Assembly: GCA_964247055.1 (NCBI GenBank)
Contig: OZ176050.1
Span: 6,696,001-6,760,000, forward strand
Source: Paragordius varius
Lineage: Eukaryota; Animalia; Nematomorpha
Length of the DNA stretch: 64,000 nt
Reading direction: 5' to 3'
The first letter of the stretch is position 1, and every line of letters begins with the position of its first letter. The translations under genes were made by a program, and so were the position numbers. Of this stretch, positions 26,658-39,231 are shown piece by piece. The notes below the pieces were generated by a model, which had not been told where the DNA came from, searched no databases, and saw nothing but the letters and a program-made list of their open reading frames with translations.

Positions 26658-27515
26658 ATTATATTCTATAATGCCGATAATTTTTTCTGAATGTCAGCAT
26701 GGTCAGGCCTTTTTTTAAATTATTTCCTAGCTAGAGCCACATACAGTGTAAAAATACCCTGAAAGAATCGCTTCAAGGCAGTTTTTTTAGAATACGTAAA
26801 TTTAATAGCCATTATTATTTTATTTAAAAAGGCACTGATCATTGTCGCGATATTTTTTTTATTAGTTTACCTATGGTTTTAGAATTCCCAAAAATTGGGG
26901 TTGTCAAATTAGTATACGGTGCACATACAAAAATTAATGCTTATGAATCGTAAATTATTTAGGAAATCTCTAATGAATATCGAAATAAAATAGGCGGTTT
27001 AATACCAGAGAAAAAGTTATCCAAAATTTCCACTATTCAAAAATTAAATCCCATTTTTATTGCACATTAGGTGGAATTAAAAAATTATAATAGAACCAAA
27101 AGCCGGATAAATAGCAAATATCGTGCCAAACTATTTATTTAGAGAGAACTCATGTTGCCTCACGTTTTAATGATATAATAGTTTGCCTATAATTTGATTT
27201 TCATTTGTATAATTTTTCTTTTCACTATTCATTTTGTAAGCTGGCAAACAAGCATGATTGATATAATAATTTCTTTGGTTTTTTAAATGATAGAGTATAA
27301 ATCATAAAACGTTAACTGAGTATATGACTGGTACAGATATCTTATATGTTCTATTTTTACCAGGTAGAAATATTTACTTGCCTTTATCATATTGTTTGAG
27401 CAAAAAATGCTCTATGTCAACCATTTAAGGTTGAAGTCTATTACTTACAAGGATGTATCGGTTCTCAGATAAAAATTTATTATACATCTATCACACCTTA
27501 TTAAGCATGCTGATA

Positions 27516-28262
27516 CAATGGTCTAGCTAGGGGGTGGGGAGCTGATGCACCCGGCGCCATAATTAAAGGGGCGCCGGATTTCAAAAAATTTTAAAAAAAT
27601 AGATATTTAAAAGTTATTATTTTAAATAATTCATAAAAAATCCTCCATTTATGAAAGGTCATGACCTTCAATCTTAAACAAAATTCTCCTTAATTATTAT
27701 TAATATTTATATCTAACCAACTGTTTCATATATTCTTAATTATTATATATCTCCATTTATCTTCATCCACCTACTCTTCTTACCCTTAGCCTGTTCATAT
27801 CATTCATGAAACCTACTTTCAAATATTTGCTTTAAATCACCAAAGTGTTAGATATAAGGATAACATCATTATTAATTTTATGTTAATTTTCTTACATAAT
27901 TATATATATTGCTTGCTCAATGCCACCCATTAGGTCAAAATTCTTTAAATTTAAGATTGTTATTTTATGAAACGAATTCCAAAATAAATGTTGTTTATTT
28001 TTTCTTTCCCAATTTAGGGCATACCATCCACATTCATTATGTCCTGCTTTTTTTCTTTTTTTGTTTCCCTTATAACCATTTTTTTGCTAAATGGCGTTGA
28101 ATCTGCATGTTTTTTATGCGTGTGTCTGTTTATGACAAGTCACATTTCGTGCCGCTCACGGTCAAAGTTGATTTTTTTTTTAAATACAAGGGGTTACATG
28201 GAGGGGGAGAGGGGCACCATCACGGATTCATGTACGGGGCAGCAATACAAACTACGCCTCTG
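27516..28262. mobile_element. hAT-like element (CAGAGGCGTAG family) with unrelated internal sequence
   Basis: Left end CAATGGTCTAGCTAGGGGG, right end CTACGCCTCTG; both terminal segments match 22054-22237. No clear TSD. Confidence 0.5.
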
Positions 28263-28483
28263 GGCATATGATTTTATTACCATTTTCTTTGATGAACGAT
28301 TATGTGTGTAATATCTGATCAAAAAGTTTTTCAAGTTTATCATAATTTTCATAACTAATTGGTGTGTAAATAAAAAGGTTCGTATTTATAAAGCATTACA
28401 GTGGGAATACGTATTATTTTTATTAAAGTCAAACCATTTTAATATTGATTTTCTTGCTATGTAATTTTCCCGCATTTGGATAG

Positions 28484-31400
28484 ATGTTTAAAATTTAATG
28501 AAGACCCAAATCAATCCAATCAATATCTAACAGGTCAAGATCAAAGACCACGCCATTCATTTGGTTAGTTTTTAAAAATTAAATTGATTATTTAATAAAC
28601 ACGCTTAATATTTAATTACAAATTAGAAAACTTGTTGCGAAGTTCATCAATAGATGATATAGAGTTATTGTATCAAAATCAACAACACAAAACAAATAAT
28701 AATCCTTTTATTGGTATCAACAACGAAATAAGATCTCTATCAGAAAATGATATATCATATCCTTACTATCAAAACGACTTGAATATAAATTTTTCTGAAC
28801 AAGACGAAAAAACATCTATGGGAAAAGGACTGTTTTATTTGAACCAAATAAATAAGCTTTACCTTGAAGATAATAGTAATTTAGAGATAGGTCCTAAAGT
28901 TCGAATTAAACAACATCCAGCTTTAGGAACGGCCGATTTCATGCAAGCCATTGCAGATCAAGAGAATGAAATTTATCAATTGATGTATAATCGACCAGAT
29001 TTTGGGATTATACCACCTAAACTGGATTACGTTGCCCCTGACCTTACCGCAAATAATTCAAACTCAAAGTTCGAGGATATATTTTCAAAGAGTGTTTACG
29101 GACACAGAATTAGAAGCAATATTCCTGCCCCCAATATGCAAGCCAACGAACGTATATTTTCAAGAAACAATCCACAAAAAGGTAAATTATTATTTTAATA
29201 TATTGTTCTGTTTGTTTAACTTAAGTTTGAATGAAAATTAACAAATATGGCTTGCATAAAATAATTATCTATATATCAGAAAATTTGGATGTATGGTCTA
29301 CATATTGCCGATGGATATTAGAATATATTTTAGGTAGCATTGGTGGCCAACCTAAATGTGTTGACAGTGTTTACCACGTGTCCTAAACTCACGTTTCGTC
29401 CTTGTTGTGAACAGTAGGAACATGGGTAAACACTGTCAGTTAGAATGTGTAAATAGACATATACACTGTGTCCAAAAAATATCCCGATGATATATATATA
29501 TATATATGTAGTCAGAATTCTCATAGTGTTTTGGTTTTTGGCTTTATGAGTAATATAGGAAAGTTATTAATACTTGGATACAACACATTCATTTTAGTCC
29601 TTCGATTCAAATTGGGGTAGTTGGATACCCCAGGCCTGTTTAAAATTAAATAATTTTAAAATTATGAAAGGAATAAAAACAATGGCAAAATTTTGCACTT
29701 ATATAACATTAATAAACCGGAATATATAAAAAACTTTTTTCAAAAATACTTGATATTACTTATTTTAAGGTAAAACTCAAAGGTAAAAATTTAGTCAACG
29801 TGACATATGTGCATTGGCTAAATTGAAAATTAATACAAAATACAGCACCTTTTTAATTTATATCACTGTTAGTTGTGATTAAAATAAAAAAATTAGCTTT
29901 TAATATACCTTGAAAAAAAAAATGAACACTATATTTTGCAAAAAATTTGCAAAATAAAAATGGCGTCCAAGTAGTTTGAGATGGGAATTTTTTTAAAATT
30001 AAATTTAATTGAGATATTTTAGCTTATTTGTATAATTTTTATTGGGATAGGAGCATAAATTTAATTTAGGACCGTTTCCTTCAGTAGTTTTTTTAAAATT
30101 TTAAATTTAATTTGGTCTGGGGTATTTCGATACCCCAAATTAAATCGAAGTGTTAATATTGTGATAAATAGTCCATATCAGAAAATGGCAATATTTGCGC
30201 ACATTTCTCAAAATAATGGTATAAAAACACTTTAAGATATTATACTTGGCTAATTCTATGATGCTGAACATTTTTTACCATAGATGTTTATTAATGAGCT
30301 CATATTAACACTTTTATTCGAATTGGGGTGACTAAATACCCCAGACAATATTTTATATTTTTTAAAAAAGATCCTTAAAAACGGTTCCAATTTAAATTTA
30401 TGCTTCAATCCTAATAAAAATTATATATATAAATATCTAAATAAAATTGAGTTTTGGAAAAAAAAGTTCCGTATAAAACTACTTGCACGCCATTTTTGTT
30501 TTACAACATTTATGCAAAATATCGTGTTTATTTGATAAGGCTAATATTAAGTTTACTTTTTAATTAAAACCACACTTAACATTGATATAAACAGAAAAAG
30601 TGGTATATTTTGCAATATTTTTATATTTAGCTTATGCACACATGTCATAATGGCTAAATTTTTAGCTTTGGTACCTTTAAATAGGTAATATCAAGTAATT
30701 TTGAATAAATTTTTTATTATATTTCTGTTGATTAGTGTTGTATAAGGGCAAACTTTTGCCATGGTTACAATTTATTGAATATTATTTGAAATATTTGATT
30801 TTGAAGCCTGCTAACTACTCCAATTTAAATCGCAGGACTAAAATGAATGTGTTGCATCCAAATGTTATTGTGATCAGATAGGCTGTTTTTCGCGGTACAG
30901 TATTGGTTTTTCGAATAAAAATTGCACCTGTACTGCGCTGGCTTTAGTACTGCTTTTTGAAATTGAAAAAATTAAAATTTTTACAAATATATTAATTTAT
31001 TATTTGTATAAAAAAATTATTTTAGAATTTGATAAAGTACACGCTGTTTAAAACAACCCCAATTTGTAAAAAAATAAATGGTTTATTTTGCGGTAAAAAA
31101 CTAAGACTGGCTTTGTGGTTAATATTTTTTATGTTCGAATAAATAAATAATCCGGTGCACAGATCAGCCAGCTTATGAATGCAGTCATTCGCGCAGTGGC
31201 GGAATTTTAAATTTCAGACTCCACCGCAAGATTTAGGCCAATGGCCCTTTCACTTAGGCCTCAAAAGAGGTTTATTTAAAATTTACAAGAAATTAATTTA
31301 TGATATTTTAGTAAAAATTTGATCAAATGTATAAAGTTCAATTTGTTTTAAGTTTCGGATAATTATTTTGTTAAAACTATAGCAATGTGATTCGAATTGG

Positions 31401-34400
31401 GATAACTAGTGACCCCAGACCATAGATGAATCGATATTGTTAATAAAACTACTAAATGGGACGATTCCATTTTATACTTCTATCCAAATAAAAATTATAA
31501 ATACGCCAAAATATATAAATAAAATTTAGTTTTAGAAAAAGCTCCATATCAAACTGCTTCAAAGCCATTCTATTTTACAATATTTTTTGCAAAATATCGT
31601 GCTTTCTGAAGTCTATAATTTTTTATTAAAATCATATCCAACATTAATATGAATCAGAAAGTGGTTTATTTTACATTTTTATTTGAGCTAATGTAGACAT
31701 ATCATGTTGACTAAATTTCAGGTTTATCCATAAAATAAAAGTCTCTTAAAGGTGATAGGAATGTTCAGCATCATCGAATTATGTAGATAATTTGTTTTTT
31801 ATTATATCTTAAAGTGTATAGCCTTTGCATCATGCTTTAAAACACCTTACTAACTTCACCGAATTTAGCTTTTTTCGGAAAAACTTTTTTTGCTGTTAAA
31901 ATTCAAAAATATTTAAGAATTTTATCCCAATCTCCATTTTTGCTCTTAGAAGAAAACTTTCATATTTTAGACGGGTCCAAAAATTTAGGATGTTTGGCGC
32001 CGACATCTAAAATTCAAAATTTTATAAAAAACATTTTGCTATTTATATATAGTTTATAAAATATTTTAGTGGTTATTTTTGGAAGAAGCATTAGCTAAAA
32101 AAGCCTATATAAAAAAATTGCGCAAATTCTGTCATTTTCTGATTTGGTGTAGCTATCAAAGACCAAAACCGCTATGAGAATTCAGATATATTAATTTTAG
32201 AGCAAAATATCCATTTTTAGATGTGGAACAGCACTGGTTTAATATTTTAAATATGCAAACATCAGCATTTTTGCGTTTAGTTTAAAAAAACATGGCCTTA
32301 GGCAATATGTGAGCAAATTTTGCTATTTTCTGATATGGAGCCATTACTGCAAAAGTGGTACTAACTTTCTTATATCACTCGTAACCAAAATCAAAATTTT
32401 TCTATCAGGATATATATATATATATATATATATATTTCTTCAGGATAGTTATTATAAGGTGTATATTGAACAAACAAAATTTTGAGCCAACTGTTGGGAA
32501 GACTAATAGGTGCGCTAAAAATATACTATAAAAGTTATGCTTCATAATTAGACAATATTTGTATAGTAAATGAAAAAATTTAATATTTTACAGTTTTAAT
32601 GATTCAATTTGTCATATTTAAAAATTGCAGAAAAATGTCTGGCGTCTAAAATATAGGATGGGGATTTTTATCCAATTATATATTTAAAGAATGGTAATTC
32701 GTCTAGGACATCGAAAAATTTTGATTTTAGACCAATATGATACGTATTTCAGAATAACACAGATTATTAATTAAGAAAGTTTTAAACGCAAAAAACTTTT
32801 ATTGCGCAATAAAATTCAACTATATTTTGCATTGGGTTTTTTATGTTGCATTGCATCACATCATATGTCTAAATACGTTGAACACTCCATTATCTTTTGG
32901 GGTATTTTTATGTCTAATATCTTAAAATGAAATTAAGCTATTGAGCCCATTTAAAAATATGTTTTCTTTAGCCTCTTAGGGGCTTTACTAATGTGAACAG
33001 ATAGGCTGTTTTTCGCAGTGCAGGACTGAATTTTTAGAAAAAAACGCTACTGCACTGCGCCCACTTTTCTACTGCTTTTTGGAATTAAAAAAATTTAATT
33101 TTGCATAATTAAATATTAATTACCTTTTATTTTTTCAAAAAAATTATTTTTGAATTCGATATAGTACACACTGTAAAAACTTTAATTTGCAAAGAAATGG
33201 TTCATTTTGCGGTAAAAAGCTAAGGTTGGTATTTATAATTGGTTAATATTTTATTTTCTGCTCAAAATATACATAAAATTGGATTTTGGATCGGTCAAAC
33301 CGCTTATGAATCAGCCTTTTGCGCAGTGGCGAAACTATAAATCTTGGACTCCACCGTAAGATTCAGGCTAATGACTCTTTCCCTCAGGGCTTCAAAAAAA
33401 AGAGGTGCCTCAAGATTTAAAATTAACAAAATTAATTTAATATTTAATCATGTTTAGAAAGTTCATTTTTTGTTATAATTATCAAACGGAAAATTACATA
33501 GAAAATTGTTAATACCATGACATTAAAATTTATTATATATGGCATATGATTTCGCTTTTTTTCGTAAAAAATTAAGAGTTTTTTACGTTTTCTACTCTCA
33601 TTAGGTGGGAGGTATGATATTTCTTAATTTTTTTCCTAAACTTCAATTTTTATTAGTTTTATTATTTTTTTGCATAGACAATTTGAGATACTTTGTTGAA
33701 GCGTACTACAAACTATTTTGAAGCATGATAAACGGTGTAACGCTTTAAGGAACATTATAATAGATTAAATTGATTTAATTTGTTTGCTCACAAATATAGG
33801 TGTATTTTTGTTAAAAAACAATTTTTATTTAATGTAAATTTGTATAATAACGAATATTTCATTCAAAATTCTGAGTGAGAAAAATGTTTAGCATTATCAT
33901 ATTATATATATAAATAATATAACATCTCAACAGTTTATATCGTTTCCATCATGCTCAAAATAGTATGGGAAATTTTGCGTTTATTTTAAGAGAACAGTCC
34001 ATTTTAAAAGAGCGCCAAAAAATTTGGGACTTTCAGAGCCCACATCTAAAAATTTAAAACAGAAGCATCACCTAATATTTTCTATCAGGATATACATATT
34101 TCATCTAAATATTTTTTTGTGGAAACTGTATAATATACCACACCGATGGTCTAAAAACAGGTAAAGTATGTCTTAATTTTGTACTGCGTCAAAAAATATC
34201 TGGTCACATTACTTACAAATCTAATAAAGTATAAAATTGTAGGCAAATAATGTATATTTTTGTTAGAAAATTAAAATCATTAACTTTAAAAAGCTTTCAA
34301 TCTATATTTTACCAGCATAAACTTGATATATTTTGATTTATCAGCTGTTCGTTTCAGTCGTGTTTCGGAGCTGTCCCAATAAGACTCTAGAAGCTAAAAA

Positions 34401-37400
34401 TTGTAAAAATATGAGCTTTTTTATGTAACACATGAGAATAATGTTTGATAATTAAATTGTAACTATAATAACTTTAAAAATTATAGTTAATTTGCGAATG
34501 AGCTCTGGGATATAAAACTTATCCAAAATTTATCCTAAAAAAAGGGAAAAGGTAAAAAAGTGTTAAATATTTTAAAAAACCATTTTAACACATTTAGAGT
34601 CTTTAGATATCTAACAATAAACAATAGAAATTTAGAAAGTTTTCTCCATTCAAGAATTTTTAAATATCATAAACTGCTTAGCCTTAAATTTGAATGCAAA
34701 TTTTAATTTTAATTATTATATGCCAGTTGGTATCAAATTATCTATCAGAAGTGTTGATTATATTTTATATTTTGTGTTCTACTATTCTTAATATCATGAA
34801 TTACTCTCATTACAAATTGTTTAGAACATAGTTTTATAAACTAATATAATGTATGTATTGTTTTTGATCAATTTTAGATATGAAACACGGCGTTTTATTA
34901 CAAACGGCATTAAATGATTCTATTTACATGGGGCCCGTTATTTATGCAAACATTGGTCATGGTAATATAAGGCCTTTGGATTTAGCATTAGCCGCCCAAA
35001 TTACAGCAAATTTAAATTTAAACAAACAGCAATCTCAAAATCATACCACAAATAATAACAGTAATAATACTCATAAATCAACCGAAAACTTTTACAATAC
35101 CTCTTCAAATGAATTTTCTTTTAATAATAGTCATAATACTACTAAATACAAAAGTTGTAACAATTATAATAATGTATCCTTCAATAAATATGAAAAATCA
35201 GCTGATATTAAATCTGAGAATTATAACACTTTAACTCATAGTAGTATCGGTCAAAACTATAACAGAATGATAAATTTTGCAAACTATAATCTCAATAAAA
35301 ATTCACTAATAAACCAGGATACGTTGCGCCCAATCGTTACACAGAGTTACAAACCTGTCATAACCGATAAGTTTGCATTTATCAATAGTTTTATAAAATT
35401 ATTTAGACATATCATAACATAAAATTTAAATTTGTGAAAATAATTTATAGTATTTTTGAAATTTAATGGTAAAAAATCATTCTAAATGTTTCTTATAGAA
35501 TTCTTTATTTTTAAATAGTAGATGCGTAGAAATTATACATCATTGTCTTAAAAAATCATTTTGTAACTAATTTTGGTGAAAGATATATTTTTAACAACGC
35601 AGAACTAAATGCGATGATTTGTTCCAACATTAATAACAAAACTAAGGTGACGCAACTTCAAAGTTACACCCCTTAATTAAGTCTAGCTACTATGGTCTTG
35701 CTAATAAAAAAACATGTTAAATAACATTCTTAATAAAGTCGCAATCTGGTAATACTCTCCCACAGACCTGGCGTTCCACATTGAAAAATTATTATTGTTT
35801 TTTTCCAACAAACTTAATGACCTTAATTTTAAGGGACCAAAAATTTATATCTGTCCTTAATATTTAGCTACTCATAACTAATTAATTTACATAAAGATTT
35901 TTAAATCAAAATTCGGGTTGCAACCATGAATTGTGTCGATGCTTGAAAATGATTGGACATAAACAAAAACCTTTTGGAGGTCCAGGTAAATAGTTCTCTT
36001 TTATATATACATTATGTAAAAATATTGTCGGAATCATTAAGGTTATTTATTTATCGCAAAAAATTGGATTTAAAGAAATTACCGAAAAAGATTTTTTTTT
36101 ATATAATCAGAACGAAAAATATGATTTAGCGCTTTTTTGAAATAGCCTTATGTTTAGCTCCACCCTCTTTATTAGGAGTGTCCCACACGTGGCCCTCCAA
36201 TTTATTTATTCTCCGCAAAAAATTTGAATAAAACGCAAATCCAATATTTTTAGGAAAAAAACCTTCGAAAAATTATGAAACTTATATCATTCTTAAAATT
36301 ATTCTTTACTAAACAATTAATGGTGGTAATAAACGAAACTGAATAAATTTTCAATAAACTTTTAATAATTATACATACCACATATTTCACTTATTTTTTT
36401 TAATGGGGACCGTGTTTTGGGCACCCCTGTTTATATGTAAGAAAGGTAAATGCATTTCTAAATTTAATGCTTTAAAAATCAAAATAGAAGGCATTTGAAA
36501 ACTAAAGTGAAAAAATTACCCCCTATTTCCGAAGCGATGACCAAAAATTACATGTATGTACCATTTCAAATACTCATCCAATAAATTGTAACAAATATTC
36601 GGAGGGGATTATTTATTGATACTGTAAAAATAAACCTTGAGAAAACCTTTTAATTTGGCTATCTATAGTAACTGAACACTAAATTAATAGTGGGTCAAAA
36701 TTTTTAGATCTAGAAAATTAGAACTTTTTAATTTTTGAGATAAAATTAAAACATCTATTTTTTTGAACTTGTGGGTGTAATTTTTAGCTTTTCAAAAAAT
36801 TTGTCGAATAACTTAAACATGGCATTTGGCAAGGTTAAGATTTGAAGTTAATTATTTTTTAAGGATTAATAGCATTAAATTTAGGACTATTTTAAAGCAA
36901 GGGGAAGGATAAATTGAATTTAAAAAGTAGTACAGTATTGAATTAGCACACGAATTTATTAAATTGATAACTAGCAGTATATATTCGAACAATAAACTTT
37001 GTTAATAAAAATTAGGAATTAGTTTTGATTACTTCTTGATTGCCAACATCTTCGCCCCCTTTGTATGTCATATCTAGGGTTGTGCCCATTAGTCAATGAC
37101 CTAGGGTCATGACCTAGGTCATGACCATGGTCATGACCACGAAAAAAATGACCTAGGTCAATTTTTTTTATTTTTTTTAATTTTTTATTTTTTTAATTTT
37201 ACAATTTTTAGGAAAACAAAACCTTATATTATTTATATATGTATTATTTTGTTTTAAATATCATATGATACACATCTTTTCTTAACTTCCTAAATCATAA
37301 TGAAATCAGCCTTGTGGAAATTTTTCGATCAAAAAAAATCAAGCATGCAAGATATGCAATTACACTATATATATTTAAATAAAAACCGAATGAAGAAACA

Positions 37401-39048
37401 TCTAAAAGAACATAAAATAAATTATATACAGAAGGTGATGGTCGAAAACAAGCTATTTATTTAATCTCTTAAGTTTAGTCTTAAAAATTTCTGTTTTCAA
37501 GAGAAATTAGCCATAAAGATTTAACAAAATTTATTTTTACATCCTCAACTCTAAACATAGTTGAAAATAAACATTTTCGGAGTTTCATTCATAGTTTAAA
37601 CCTAATTATGCTATTCCAAATAGAAAACAGATTTCCAATAAATTACTAGATTCATGTTATGAAGATGTAAAAATATAAGTTATTGGAATATGTAAAAATA
37701 ATATTTCATTAATCGTCGATCCTTTACTAATATTCGTAGGGAGTAAATAAAATATTATTGGCCAAGGATCCCAAAAATCATTTTTATTAATTATTGACAC
37801 ATCTTATCATAGTAGGACTGCCGAATATATCTATAACATAATGGAACCAATTATAAAAGATATTGGAAATTTAAAAATTAATGCCATTGTGACCGATAAT
37901 GCAGCGAACACGAAGGCTGCTGAAAATTTAATTAATAAAGAATATCCTAATATAATATGGCATGGATGCCAATGTCATATTTTAAATAATTTGATCAAAG
38001 AATATATTAAACTTAATAAGATTACTGATTAAATGTAGTGAGTACGATTATATATTAAATCTAATAAATCGGATAAAAAATTTTAAAGTATAAAAAAAAC
38101 TTTGAACCATCCTAAGTTAACGTTAAGTTCATGGACAAATTAAAATAATTTGAGCATAAATTTAAATCCATATTTTCTCGTTACTCTTAGCTGTCTGTGA
38201 TTTGAAACTTTCTATAAGTCTTTATGTATGATTCCAGGAAAGATCGTTAATTGTAAAAATTTATATCAGGATTGGTCAAAGTATAATTTTAAAAAAATAT
38301 ATACTTTATGTAAAAACCTTTTTTTATATGATTTAATCAAGTATTTATGTATGTAGTTATTTATAATTGGCAATAACATATGGTATGACCTAGGTCAGAC
38401 CTAGGTCGGACCTAGGTCTGACCCCCTTTTTTGAAAAAGGGGGTCAAAATCACAACCCTAGTCATATCTTTCTCGGCTCCATATTTTTAGAAAATAGTTT
38501 AATTTTCTTTTGAAATATCAGATAAATAGCTAAATCAGGGGTGTCCAACACAAATGGTTTTGCGGGCCGCTTTTAAAATATATATGGGCATTTATAATGA
38601 TTTAATTCGATTTTAAACATAAGATTGGAAATATATCCCTTTTTCTGCAATGCCAAATGAATAGACATATTTATAAAAATTGTCCAAAAGATATCAATTT
38701 TAGTAATATTTTAAAATTTATTGCGGGCCAGACAAAGAATCTCGGAGCCCCGCTTTTGGACACCCGGACCTAAATTATTATTTATGAAAATAGATATAAA
38801 TAAATTGGCAAACGTTGCTAATCAGTATATGGCAATAAAGAAATCAGGTAAATTAATTGTATACTGTAGCCCAATATAATACTAACAATCCATTTCAGAT
38901 AAAAAGTCGGCCAACGGTAAATACAAATGAAACATATCAAACAGATCCTTTGACAGACGAACCAATCAAAAAAATAAAAAAAGATTCAATCGTCATCAAA
39001 CTTTCTCAAAACACTGTAAACAAATGTAATAACGGTAAACCAGAATAA
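28484..39048 (+). CDS. Unidentified multi-exon protein-coding gene (Asn-rich, with an ordered-looking central block); 5' end not found
   Basis: Phase-compatible GT-AG exons 28484-28563, 28627-29181, (optional exon from 29334), 34878-35370, 35897-35985, 38794-38847, 38870-39048 (TAA). Two exons are 180+ stop-free codons in very AT-rich DNA. No family recognised. Confidence 0.7.
29571..30152. mobile_element. piggyBac-like MITE (copy D)
   Basis: TTAA|TACTTGGATAC...GAAGTG|TTAA; intronic. Confidence 0.85.
30309..30864. mobile_element. piggyBac-like MITE (copy E, inverted relative to D); a further partial copy lies at about 31385-31720
   Basis: TTAA|CACTTTTATTCGAATTGGGG...GCATCCAAATG|TTAT. Confidence 0.75.
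30871..34110. repeat. Two diverged direct copies of a composite repeat (about 30871-32420 and 32993-34110)
   Basis: Colinear shared blocks: CAGATAGGCTGTTTTTCGC, GCGCAGTGGCG..GACTCCACCG, CACATCTAAAA, TTTCTATCAGGATATA. Confidence 0.6.
37075..38460 (+). mobile_element. hAT DNA transposon, internally deleted, with decayed transposase
   Basis: Perfect 10-bp TIR TAGGGTTGTG / CACAACCCTA and perfect 8-bp TSD GTCATATC. GACCTAGGTC palindrome arrays at both ends. Remnants: BED-finger-like MKSALWKFF, and IVTDNAAN...CQCHILN (hAT/DUF659-like, ORF 37841-38032). Confidence 0.92.
38536..38767. mobile_element. hAT-type MITE (CAGGGGTGTCC family)
   Basis: CAGGGGTGTCCAA...TTGGACACCCGG; flanks AGCTAAAT / ACCTAAAT match at 7 of 8 bases. 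Confidence 0.8.
38848..38869 (+). other. 22-nt GT-AG micro-intron (last intron of the unidentified gene)
   Basis: GTAAATTAATTGTATACTGTAG; removal joins QYMAIKKS to AQYNTNNPF in frame; retention gives a stop four codons into the next exon. Confidence 0.7.
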
Positions 39049-39231
39049 AATCTTGAAATACTCATCATATATTTATAATTTTTACTAAAAATATGTATTT
39101 ATTATTATTATATAAAATATATATAAACTAATTTCAGTATTTATGATCAAATAATATAAATTAATATAAATATATACATAAACACAAAATAAATTGTCAT
39201 TTGTGGTATCAAAAAATTGTGACTAAAAATT

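Noticed and set aside
27740-27860. FGDLKQIFESRF gag-like fragment on the minus strand
   Set aside because: Single short motif with stops; no LTR or pol nearby.
31185-31205. GCGCAGTGGC matching the U4 snRNA 5' end (also at 33323)
   Set aside because: The match stops after about 10 nt and lies within the duplicated repeat.
37095-37155. Regularly spaced GACCTAGGTC units as a CRISPR-like array
   Set aside because: No unique spacers; subterminal repeats of a hAT element in a eukaryotic intron.
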